From contig NC_042997.1 in assembly GCF_006345805.1 (NCBI RefSeq), positions 102,548,001 through 102,612,000 of the forward strand: a stretch of DNA of 64,000 nucleotides. Reading direction: 5' to 3'. This DNA is from Octopus sinensis. Lineage: Eukaryota. The notes under the pieces were generated by a model. That model did not search any database. It worked only from the letters and a program-made list of their open reading frames with translations, and was not told the origin of the DNA. A program made the translations under genes and the position numbers. Positions within the stretch are counted from its first letter, which is position 1; the number at the start of each line of letters is the position of its first letter. Positions 37,301 through 48,567 of this stretch are shown piece after piece.

Positions 37301-39850
37301 TTCAGGCCCAATCCTACTGCGTGTCTTCTGCTATAACCTCGGGTTGACCGAAGCCTTATGATTGAGTTTGGTAGGCAGAAATTATTGTGTGTGTAAGTGC
37401 TTGTGCCTCCTAACAGAGAGGGAAATGCAAGTTTTTATTAATATCTATGATTGTTTTTTTAAAGAAGTTATTCTAAGAATATCATCCATAAATTGTTTTT
37501 CATTCTAAGAAAAATATTACGACCCTTCATAAATATTTCATAAATGACCTATTGTGTCAAGTACGTCAACATCAAAATAAAAATCAAATGGAAATTGTAG
37601 TTAAGATACCCGTGCCGGTGGTAAGTAAAAAGCACAATCCAAATGTGGCTGATGCCATTGCCGCCTGACTGGCGTCCGTGTCGGTGACACGTAAAAAGCA
37701 CCAACTGATCGTGGCTGTTTGCCAGCCTTCTCTGTGGCACGAAAAAAGCACCCACTACACTCTCGAAGTGGTTGGCATCAGGAAGGGCATCCAGCTGTAG
37801 AAACACTGCCAGATCAGTCTGGAGCCTGGTGCAGCTTCCTGGCTTCCCAGATCCTGGTCGAACCGTCCAACCCATGCTAGCATGGAAAACGGATATTAAA
37901 TGATGATGATAATGATGTAGCCAAGGCTAAAGAGACTGATAGAATAAATACCAGGTTTTAAAAAAAAGTACTGGGATCAATTTGGTCAACTAAAATTCTT
38001 CAAAGTGGTACCCCAGCATGGCTGCAGTCTAATGACTGAAATAAGTAAAAGATAAAACATAACATTTTTTATTTTAATTCTTTCCTTAGATTTAAATACC
38101 TTTCAAGTTAAGAAGATGGATTCACTTATATTTAATGTTGATGTGTAGTATTTCTTCTAATTCTGGATTTTATGTACATTTAAACAAATAGAATTTCAAA
38201 CATTTTCATTTATATTGGAAAGCAATCCATTTTAATTATGCCTTTTTTCATTTCTCTTTCCAGATGTTCAAATCCAATAAAAATGTACATATTGCTGATA
38301 TTGATTGCAAAAAACATAGATCTTTATGTCAACAAGAAGGGGTACACTCTTATCCCACGATGCGCTTGTATCCGTTATCTGGATCATCATTATTCGAGTA
38401 AGATCTCATCTTTCTTATTTGTTTAATATAGTGATTAATATTGTTCCTGTGCAAAAGGTAGCAGAATCATTAGCATGCCAGGTAAAATGCTTAGTGGTAT
38501 TTCGTCCGCATTAACATTTTGAGTTCAAATTTTTCCAAGGTTGACTCTACCTTTCATCCTTAAAATAATTACCAGTTGAGTACTGGGGTTGATGTAATTA
38601 ATTTTACCCCCTCTCCCCAAATTGCTGGCTTTGTGCCAAAATTTGAAACCAATATTACTCCTGTGCATCATTTAGGTGCATCCTGATTATTGACATTCAC
38701 TCTTGTAAGATATGAGTAGCCATGTATATCCTCTATAGCAAGGAACCTGTTCTGGTTCCTTTCATACTGAATTGCTCACCACTTAGCATAAAAGTGCCTC
38801 TGCCTCAGATGAAAGCAGTCTTAGTGTTGTGAGCTAAGTGGCAACTTGTGTTGGTGCCATGAAAATAGTTTAAGACAGGCATCCAGCTGTAGAACCTATG
38901 CCAGAGCAAACTTAGCAAAATTTATCGTATCATCCAACCCCTGCTAGCATGGGATATATATATCAAATAATAATAATGATGGTGATGATGAGGAGGCATT
39001 GAAGAATAAGGTATTCTGCTTAGACACATGCCAAAATATCTGCAGAAAATTTGTATATTTATAAAACTTGTATATTTGTATATTTATTAAAACTTCCTTT
39101 TATGACCCAGAAGAAGAAGAAGGACTGCATCCATGATCTTTGTGGGGTCACAAAGATTAATGGGAAGAAAGGTAGGAAGAAACTATAACAGATGGGTTAC
39201 TGTAGTAGGAAAAATCAGTGCATTCAGATATTGGGCTGTTCCCAGGCTAGTGACCTCGTCTGAATACTTGGAACAGAGCAGCTTGAGGACTGTACCACCA
39301 TTAGCCTTCCAAGAATATTGGGCAGAGAAGATGGAGAAATGGATTGAAAAACAGATATGAAATTAGCAATGTTTGGACCTTAATTGATGACTGAAACTAA
39401 TTTACTATTTCAATATTTATTTTTATTTATTTATCCAGGTCGTACAATGGCTGGAATCGAGACGTGCAGTCATTACATGCGTGGGTCTATGAATTTCTTC
39501 CCAGTAAAGTTGTTACTCTTCGCTCAAGTAGTTTCCATTCCAAAGTTATTAATTCCAAGCAACCTTGGATTGTAGATTTCTATGCTTCTTGGTGTGGACA
39601 TTGTCAGATATTTAAACCTCAGTTTGAACAAGTTGCTGCTGTAAGTAATGCTTTATCTTTTATCTGTTTGTCATTGGACTGTGGCCACACTGGGGCATCA
39701 CTTTGAAGGGTTTTAGTTAAACAGACCAACACCAGAACTTATTTTAAAGTCTGGTATTTATTCTATCGACTCCTATTGATGAATTGCTAAGTTATAGGGA
39801 TGTAAACAAACCAGCACTGGTTGTTGAACGCTTGGGAGGAGAGAAAACAG

Positions 39851-39891
<41 letters not shown>

Positions 39892-42800
39892 AAATGGGCT
39901 TCAACACAATTTCCACCTACCAAATCTACTCACAAGACATTGGCTGCTTGGCGCTATAGTAGTAGATATTTAGTGAAACTGAACTTGAAACCACATGGTT
40001 GCAAAGTGAGCTTATGAACCACAGAGTCATGCCTTACATACATACTTATATATGCATGCGTGTGTGTGTGTGTGTGTGTGTGTGTGCATGCATGCATTTT
40101 ACAATTTTGTCTTTATACTCATTGAGTACATAACATTTAGATATCAGAAAGACTGAGCACAAGGGTCCTGTAAAAGTGACTGAGCATGAAATCTATTGAC
40201 AGTATTTAGAAGGAGAAAGGCAGCAAGCTGGTGGAATAGTTAGAACACTGGGCAAAATGCTTAGCAGTATTTTGTCTGTCCTAACATACTGAGTTCAAAT
40301 TCTGCCAAGGTTACCTTTACCATTTATCCTTTTGAGGTAGATAAAATAAGTACTAGTTGAACACAGGTGTTGATGTAAATGATTTACCCCTTCCCTGAAA
40401 TTGCTGGCCTTATGCCAAAATTTGAAATCAATATTTGGAAGGAGACCAATCATACTTTTAAAAATTGTGAGAATCTGTATTGTGCTTGAATGAATTGGTA
40501 ATAATCAGATTTATTCAGTGCATAAATGTTAATATGAAATTTTCTTTTTGGTTTGTTAATTTCTACAGAAATTAGAAGGCATTGTTCATGCTGGTAAAGT
40601 TGATTGTGAAGTAGAATTTCAAATATGCCAACAATATGGAATCTCAGCATATCCCTCAGTACGATTATTCACGGGTTCCAAACATTATAAGGTAATACTA
40701 ATTCCATTATGATCTTCCTTCCTTCTTTCCCTCCCCCCCTCAATCCTATTGTCATTCATGACCAAGGGGGGTCTTTAATCTGCAGATTGAAGACGATCCC
40801 TCTTCTAATGCAAGTAAATTATGTTTTCTCTGTCATTTCAATTTGGTTTAGTTTGTTCATGGTGATGGTAGTGATCAGGGAATAATGCAATCCATTAATT
40901 AGGTAACCACTGGAAACTTCACTCTGAACTGTTTTTAAGGCCCAGTGGTAGGCCATAGAACAAGCATGGGCAACCTTTTTGAGGAGTGGGCTCAAAACAG
41001 GACTCATCATCAAGTAGACTGCATTGCTAAAAAAATTCAAATCATTCAGAAAGTCCCACAGGCTGTGATTTACCTATAGCTGCTTGAGAATCTTTACGTA
41101 AAGAAACATAATTAAGCTTCTCTTGGATAGGATACCAGGTTGTTTTGTGCCAAGTCAGTCCTGATAAAAGAAATCTGAGATCAAAGGTATTGTGTTTGTA
41201 ATCAGTATAAGTCTAGATGCCACTTCTCAACATGCAGCAAATAGTAACCAGAAAAGCCTAAAAAAAATTACACCTTACCTTTAAAATGGCATAAAGTTCC
41301 TTGGGGAAAAACGTTACTTTTGTACAATTGATTTGATATCAGTATCTGATAAAGTATTGTTAACCACACCAAGATTATTTTGACCAAAAAAAAAATTTTT
41401 TTTAATGCAAGTATTAAACCTGGCTCTCTATTGTTTGTACAATTTTTCTCTTTCATCCAATAAAGCAGATCAAAAATAAGTACTACTAAAATTATAACTC
41501 TATTACCAAATCAAAATTTATAAGATTTAGAATTTTCTCCTATTTGTATTTCTAAACCTTTTTTTCAGAATGGTTATGATATTGACAGTCAGGATGCAGA
41601 AGAAATTATCGATATTGTAAACAGTAGATTGCAAAAGAAAAAATCTAAAGTAAGTATTGAAAATGTTTTGAAGATATGGATTTAAGAAAGGAACAGATAG
41701 ATTTACTAAATTGAAATTAGTACATCCTTTGCTCTTATGAGTTACTTCCCTTAATTATTATTATTCAAATTGAATTTTTCTTTATCTTTTTTTTTTAAAG
41801 TTAGGAGATAAGGTAGTGTCCATGATCCCTTACAAGCCCTCTGATTCTGGTATTAGTGAATGAGGTCTCTTCAGCAGAAGACCTGGCTCAAATGTTTGTT
41901 ACAGAGTGGACAACACTAAAGGCTCTCATGTGCAACAGTTTACTATCTCTGTCATGGCAGGATTTGAACTCTGAATGCTGAAACAAATACAACCAAACAT
42001 CCAGTCCACCATTCTTACAGGTCTGGTCAGGATTGGTACTCTTTTATCGACCCTGTAAAGATGAAAGGCAAAGTTTACATTAGTGGTATTTGAACTCGAG
42101 AGTTGGAACAAATACCACAAGACTGTTTAACACTCTAGTGATTGAATTTTCTGCCTTAGTACTTCATCATCATCATCGTCGTTTAACGTCCGCCTACCAT
42201 GCTGGCATGGGTTGGACGATTTTGACTTAGTGCTGGCGAACCAGATGGCTGCACCAGGCTCCAATCTTAATCTGGCAGAGTTTCTACAGCTGGATGCCCT
42301 TCCTAATGCCAACCACTCTGAGAGTGTAGTGGGTGTTTTTTACATGCCACTGGCACAGGGGCCAGTCAGGTGGTACTGGCAACGACCTCGCTCGAATCTT
42401 TTTAAACATGCCACCGGCACAGGTGCCAGTAAGGCGATGCTGGTAACTATTTTGAATGACTTTACATCTTGGAAAAGTATTAGCATCTGTAATGAAAGCT
42501 TCTGTAATTTGCTTCTGTATATTGAAAAATATTTGTGTTCTACTTGAGATAGAAAATGAATATTTATCCCCAGATATAGTTATAACTCTTACTGTATTTT
42601 GGAGATGTTTTACCTAAACAACTGGGCAAGAAATGTAAGGGTAAAATTAGAGTTGTGATGTTCATGCTTTACCTAGTAAACTGATTGGAAGCTCACTTTG
42701 AGCTTAGCTTGAACTCTGTATTGCATAGTAATGAGGTGCTTTTCAAAATATTGTTTGAATAAAAGCATTAGATTAATAGTACTGATATTTACGGTGTTAG

Positions 42801-43186
42801 TAATGTATGCAAGGTAGCTATGACTGTAGTTGTACTTATCATCATCTTCCATGCTGGATTGAGTTGGATGGTTTGACAAGTTGGACTGTATCATGCTTCA
42901 ATGTATACTTTTTTGTAGTTTCTGTTGTTGGATTTCCTTCCTAATGCTCTTTGTGTGACACCTGCATTGGTGAAAATTGCTTTATAGCTTGCAAGGCTAA
43001 GGGCCTTAAGTGGCCCCTAAAACTAAGAGAGAAAGAAGAAAGAGTGGGTAGATGGATAAGGAATGGTAAGTAGGAGAGGATGGGAAGAGTATGGCAGACA
43101 ACAACCAAACACTTTATATATTTTTTTTTTTTTGATTACTGAATATGTTTTTTTATTTTAATTTTCAGAAACATGATGAATTTTAA
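16669..43186 (+). CDS. DNAJC10: DnaJ homolog subfamily C member 10 (ERdj5), ER disulfide reductase/J-protein; 20 coding exons, 780 aa
   Basis: Exons read manually, all GT-AG with consistent phase: 16669-16863, 18249-18417, 18507-18557, 22052-22137, 23734-23859, 26179-26338, 27579-27622, 27723-27845, 29592-29681, 30560-30676, 32494-32605, 34203-34339, 34817-34933, 35609-35710, 36894-37049, 38264-38397, 39439-39640, 40569-40691, 41569-41649, 43169-43186 (sum 2343 nt). Hydrophobic signal peptide, J-domain (DYYEIL...EHPDK...AYEVLKD), GIYDDDPEIITL, active sites CSHC, CPPC, CGPC, CGHC, ends KHDEF*. Confidence 0.96.
17085..17730 (+). mobile_element. Second copy of the same PLE 3' fragment, in the first coding intron of DNAJC10
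   Basis: Clear alignment to about 6870-7430 (ccccctcaaaataagggtaga..., gatgaagttaaaataatagacagagaaca..., aaaaataccttaggaatgagaac); includes a tRNA-like segment and a hammerhead motif. Confidence 0.85.
17605..17650 (+). ncRNA. Degenerate minimal hammerhead ribozyme in PLE 3' region
   Basis: GATAC-CTGATGA-A-GGCT(12 nt)AGCT-GAAA-CA-TT-GTGTT: stem I GATAC/GTGTT, intact CUGAUGA and GAAA; stem III reads ACAT rather than the palindrome ACGT. Confidence 0.55.
22620..22860 (+). mobile_element. C-terminal fragment of another RTE-like LINE family (related copy at about 17990-18210)
   Basis: QQIFEAEPTGKRSRGRLRMRWLDNI; the related copy reads QAKLTSKRPWS*PRTKCLDNI. Confidence 0.65.
24090..25320 (-). mobile_element. 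Decayed RTE-clade LINE reverse transcriptase fragment
   Basis: Minus-strand frames give GKAPSPSGITVELLK, SVLSPLLFIIV, LYVNNLVL (decayed YADD), LKSKDLKVNLAKTKVLIS and a downstream Cys-rich segment; many stops. Confidence 0.8.
27138..27388 (+). mobile_element. tRNA-derived SINE of a further family (partial copy at about 61490-61630)
   Basis: A box gtggcttagtgg, B-box-like gttttgattcc, body ttgtgttcttgagcaaaacacttcatttcac...gcgatggactggcatcccgtcc. Confidence 0.7.
31349..31583 (-). mobile_element. CR1/L2-type LINE 3' end with (ATT)n tail, nested in a TTAA MITE (related copy at about 33222-33480)
   Basis: Minus strand reads HDFRKHFFTLRVAEAWNKLPASVVDCHDTASFKALM, then (att)n. Confidence 0.8.
37600..37918 (+). 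mobile_element. RTE-tail SINE/LINE 3' fragment, the most abundant repeat here; others at about 110-360(+), 630-790(-), 3935-4125(+), 6283-6605(-), 13010-13190(+), 22275-22497(+), 29210-29390(+), 42165-42445(-), 46390-46688(+), 47666-47964(+), 49670-49912(+), 52745-53010(+), 53900-54098(+), 62467-62780(-), 63850-64000(-)
   Basis: Shared tggttggc(g/a)ttaggaagggcatccagctgtagaaac...aacccatgc(t/c)agcatgga...ttaaa(tga)n. Confidence 0.85.
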
Positions 43187-44579
43187 GTAATACTTGTGTA
43201 AGAAACAGTACACAGCCTTACAGTTGCTGAAATGAAATAACAACCATTTTGAAAAAAAATCCTGTATTTAACTTTCTACGCATTTTGGAGATACCATTTT
43301 GAATGTTGCAGCCTATTTTACAAAAAATAAGTGATGCATAACAACAATTCTGTTTTTTTTTTCTCTTTAAATCTCTATAATCAAGCTCTCTTTTAAAATC
43401 TCTTGAGTTGTACTTATGAGATTTTTTTGTGACATTAACTTTCAGGATTTCTGTAGGGTATTTTTCTACTGAAATAACTTTTGGTGACTATGTTCATCCA
43501 TACCTTAGCAAGGAGTTCCACATGAACAAACTGGTGACTTTCATTTTATTTTTTTTTTAATGATAAAATAGAGAAAAATTAAATATATTATTTAAGAATT
43601 CAGATACCCCAAACACAACCAAACAAACATACAAACAAACAAACAAAAAAAAAGATAAGCAAAACAAAAATGCTTCAAATATATATGTCCTGTTTATTTT
43701 ATGACTGAAAGGAGACGAAATTTTGTGTGAATGAGAATTAAGTGTTTTGAGTTCAGTGTTCACTGAGATTATTTTTGAAGAACGTAAAAAAAGAAAAAGA
43801 AATTGATAAAAAACATTTTATAAATTTACGTTGTTTTATATTTTTAATTGTTTTCATATTTAATGCTGCTGGAAACTATATTCTTTAATGCAGAAATCTG
43901 TTGTTGGATTTTGTATGAAGTATACAAAGTAGATTGGTGGAATTGTACAGCATCTGACAAAATGCTCTGCCATATTTATATTCATCCCTCTACACATTCT
44001 GATTTCAAATCCAATTGTTGGCAGCTTTGCCTCTCATCCTCTCAGGATCAATACATACTAGTCAAATACTGGGGTCAATATAATCAGTTCTTCCACAAAA
44101 AGTTTTGGCCTTGTGCTTAATTTACAAGTTATAATTAAAAAATCTTTTATTAAGAGATTAATTTTCGTGTGTGTTTAATGTTGACGCTGGAAATTACTAC
44201 AATAGATTTTTCTATTTGTTTCCTATACATAGCATTGAAATCAAGTAACGTGGGGATGTGATAACATCTTCATTTTACATGGCTCTGTGTCCAACTTTAA
44301 TGCCACCATGTTCAAAACACAGATGGTGTTGACTACCTTGTGTTTCTTTTGACATTTTCAAAGACAGTTTCCGTCACTTAATCTCAGAGATGTTCATTTG
44401 CATCCTGTAAATCAGGTGAAAGAAATAGCAAGCCTTCTCCCTCTGGATACTTGTTCAACAGCAAACAGATTTGCACAGTTAGTTAATTCTCATCAGGAGT
44501 TTTATACTGAAAGTTTTACAGTCAAAGATGTTGCTGCTATGACCATTCCATCCTTTTCTCAGGTATAGTATGCATGTAT

Positions 44580-45360
44580 GTATATATATATATATATATA
44601 TAATTTATAAAATGAAGGCAAATGTTGATACAAATTGGATTTTTATGTAAAAAGGGATCTAAATGGGGCTGGAAGAGGATTAAAATTTACAGGAGCGGGT
44701 AACTTGAGGTGAGAAATTGATTGGGGGACGTTTTGGGACACTACAGTGGTTGCTTTGGTGTGAAAACGGGATTTTATTGATTTTTGGGGACACTTTAGGG
44801 TCTAGATTGGACACCTTTTGCCCAATTTCAATCAAATTTTCAACATGGTAAAGTGGAAGCAGATTTGTAATTTAGGCATGGAAAATGGGTTCAAAATTTT
44901 GAAAATTAAGGCAAGATTTTTGCCTTTTATTTTTTATTGTTTAGTTTTCATTTTTTCTGAAAGAAATTTACAGCTGCATGTAGCCTGTGTTTAGTGCTTT
45001 CATTTGCATGATCAATTGTTGAAAAATTCCCAAAATAAGTACTAAATAAGTACGAAATTTAACAAAGAAATCCTTTTTTTCCTTATTTTTAATCGCCCAA
45101 AAGGCAAGTGTGCTTTCCGTTGTCACTGCCTGAGATGATTGATCTTTCAAAATATTTTCTTTCTCAACTTAGTCTTTTGTTTTTTTATAAATGAGAGATA
45201 GAGAGTAAGAGAAAGCGAGGGAGAGTCTGAGAGAAAGGAAGAGTAAGAGAGTGGGAAAGTGAGAAAGGAGAGAGAAGCAAAGAGGGAGAATGTGGTGATA
45301 AGAAACAGAAAGTAACAACCACACCCTCACCCGCACGTAGAACGGGTCACCTTAAGCCAG
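44580..45360 (+). mobile_element. Probable non-autonomous Helitron remnant
   Basis: 3' hairpin ACCCG-cacgtagaa-CGGGT (45329-45347), then 9 nt, then CCAG|T (CTAG-like); the 5' boundary is only guessed at a (TA)n run. Confidence 0.45.
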
Positions 45361-45443
45361 TATATATATAAGAAAGAGAAAGAGAACCATATTATTGTAT
45401 TGGCTTTTATAAAAAAATTTGGGTCAGTTTTGCTACTATTTCT

Positions 45444-47999
45444 AGCATTTCTTGTAACTTTTTGGAGACTTCCTCATTAGCTCTTAGTCATGTCTATTCA
45501 AAGTTAAGTTACTGTATTGTTTCACTATTAGGCATGTGTTTTACTTCCATTTAAAATATGGTAGCCTTGAGCTAACTGCTAGGCTTAGATTTTGATTTTG
45601 ATGTTTGGTACTTGTTTCCTAACAGAAAGAACTATATTTGTTTATTTTCTTTGTCATTTTTTTTTTCGGGTTAGTAAGATATTGTTTTGTTCACTGAGTT
45701 ATCTTTAATTGATCTTGTGTTTATGCTGTTGCATTACTAATTATTAAATAATCAATGACTCACACCTGTTATTTTCTCCTTCTGATCATTTGAAGTCCTT
45801 CATTTTTACTAGGACATATATATATAATACTTTGAAGATAAGGAAGCAAAGAAAAATCTTGTAGCGTCTTAATCTTTTTTTTTTTTTTTTAAATGAACTA
45901 CCTGCCATTTTAAATTCTGGGCCATGATTTATATCTCTTGGAATTGATGCTCAATATAGTTGTAACAACTAAAATACTTTGTCCTCACCAATAACTACCA
46001 GCCTTCTATAAAGCTCAAGTGAAGCCTACAATGGATGTACTGCATCCACATCTGAGATGGTGTTTCTGCTACATATATTCACACATTCTAGACTGCTACC
46101 AAAGAAGGGCCAAGGCCACTCAACTGATTGCTATAAAGTTATTCAGAAGCATACTCTTACTCAGTGGTTCCCAACCATTTTTTTTTATCTACAAACCCCT
46201 TTGATTCCTGTTTTACTCTATTGAACTCTCATAGCCATATGATGTTTAAAAAAATTCTATTATATTTTATTAATTAAATAAGGTTGATCTCAAAAGACTG
46301 AAGTTTTGAAGGCCAATCTCAATATGCTCCTTATAAAGGAGATGACGGAGGACTAAGATATGTGGTGCATTGCTGTACTTGAGAAGGCTTGCTCACCACA
46401 ACAAAATTGAGATTGTAAAGCCAAGGTGCCACATGAAAAGCATTGGTGTGGGTGTTGGTGCCATGTGAAAAGCAGTGCTGGTACCACATAAAAAGCATTG
46501 ATTATGATGCCACATAAAAAGTACCCAGTATACTCTGTGGAGTGGTTGACATTAGGAAGGGCATCAAGCTGTAGAAACCAAGCCAAAACAGACTATGGAA
46601 CCTGATGCAGGCCCCTGGCCTTACCAGTTCCTGTCAAACCATCTAACTCATGCCACCATGGAAAACAGACATCAAATGATGATGATGAATTGTTAAATAT
46701 TTTATGTATTTTGCAACATTTTTAGCATTTCTTGTAACTTTTTGGAGACTTCCTCATTAGCTCTTAGTCATGTCTATTCAAAGTTAAGTTACTGTATTGT
46801 TTCACTATTAGGCATGTGTTTTACTTCCATTTAAAATATGGTAGCCTTGAGCTAACTGCTAGGCTTAGATTTTGATTTTGATGTTTGGTACTTGTTTCCT
46901 AACAGAAAGAACTATATTTGTTTATTTTCTTTGTCATTTTTTTTTCGGCTTAGTAAGATATTGTTTTGTTCACTGAGTTATCTTTAATTGATCTTGTGTT
47001 TATGCTGTTGCATTACTAATTATTAAATAATCAATGACTCACACCTGTTATTTTCTCCTTCTGATCATTTGAAGTCCTTCATTTTTACTAGGACATATAT
47101 ATATAATACTTTGAAGATAAGGAAGCAAAGAAAAATCTTGTAGCGTCTTAATCTTTTTTTTTTTTTTAAATGAACTACCTGCCATTTTAAATTCTGGGCC
47201 ATGATTTATATCTCTTGGAATTGATGCTCAATATAGTTGTAACAACTAAAATACTTTGTCCTCACCAATAACTACCAGCCTTCTATAAAGCTCAAGTGAA
47301 GCCTACAATGGATGTACTGCATCCACATCTGAGATGGTGTTTCTGCTACATATATTCACACATTCTAGACTGCTACCAAAGAAGGCCAAGGCCACTCAAC
47401 TGATTGCTATAAAGTTATTCAGAAGCATACTCTTACTCAGTGGTTCCCAACCATTTTTTTTTATCTACAAACCCCTTTGATTCCTGTTTTACTCTATTGA
47501 ACTCTCATAGCCATATGATGTTTAAAAAAATTCTATTATATTTTATTAATTAAATAAGGTTGATCTCAAAAGACTGAAGTTTTGAAGGCCAATCTCAATA
47601 TGCTCCTTATAAAGGAGATGACGGAGGACTAAGATATGTGGTGCATTGCTGTACTTGAGAAGGCTTGCTCACCACAACAAAATTGAGATTGTAAAGCCAA
47701 GGTGCCACATGAAAAGCATTGGTGTGGGTGTTGGTGCCATGTGAAAAGCAGTGCTGGTACCACATAAAAAGCATTGATTATGATGCCACATAAAAAGTAC
47801 CCAGTATACTCTGTGGAGTGGTTGACATTAGGAAGGGCATCAAGCTGTAGAAACCAAGCCAAAACAGACTATGGAACCTGATGCAGGCCCCTGGCCTTAC
47901 CAGTTCCTGTCAAACCATCTAACTCATGCCACCATGGAAAACAGACATCAAATGATGATGATGAATTGTTAAATATTTTATGTATTTTGCAACATTTTT
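45444..47999. repeat. Head-to-tail tandem duplication, 2 x ~1.28 kb, near-identical
   Basis: Copy 1 45444-46723, copy 2 46724-47999; identical ORFs at 46353 and 47629 (offset 1276). Confidence 0.97.
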
Positions 48000-48173
48000 T
48001 TCATAGTTTGATGACCGGTTATAACCTGGTAATATAATTCTTAGTTTAGTTTACCTGTAATGAATTTTTTCGTGTGAATTTACATTCAATTTGTATTTTG
48101 ATTTTATGCTACATATATAATTTTTACTGAAATAGATACTGTAGTGGTAAGTTGCAAATATAAAGTCTCTTAA

Positions 48174-48567
48174 CCCTTTTGCATTTAAACCAACCATATC
48201 AGGCCTAAATATTCTACATGTTTTATGTTCAACCTGGCCAAATGTGCTCTCTCACATCTACCCTACAAAGCCATTTTAAAAATAAACAATCAAGCACCCA
48301 GTACACTCTACATAGTGGTTGGCATTAGGAAGGGCATCCAACCATAGAAACCATGGCAGAACAGACAGTGAAGTCCGGTGCAGCCTCTTGCCTTCCTAAC
48401 TCCAGTCAGACGATCCATCCCATGCCTGCTTGGAAAATGGATGTTAAATGATGATGAGGAAGAAGATGACATCAAAATCTGAAAGCTATGAGATAATTCA
48501 TGTTTTATTCAAAACAATGTGAATAAATAAGAATTACATTTGACAGAATAATCTGAATGCTAAAGTG
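48174..48567. mobile_element. piggyBac-like MITE interrupted by an RTE-tail SINE (about 48292-48468)
   Basis: TTAA|CCCTTTTGCATTT ... AATGCTAAAGTG|TTAG; the interior matches the reverse complement of 5383-5602 on both sides of the SINE. Confidence 0.6.

Noticed and set aside
44350-44566. About 70 stop-free codons ending at cag|gtatag downstream of DNAJC10
   Set aside because: There is no start codon in context, no recognisable domain and no partner exons.
46353-47862. Two identical 77-aa minus-strand ORFs resembling duplicated genes
   Set aside because: They are antisense readings of an RTE-tail SINE inside the tandem duplication; similar LQLDALPN peptides arise from every copy of this repeat.
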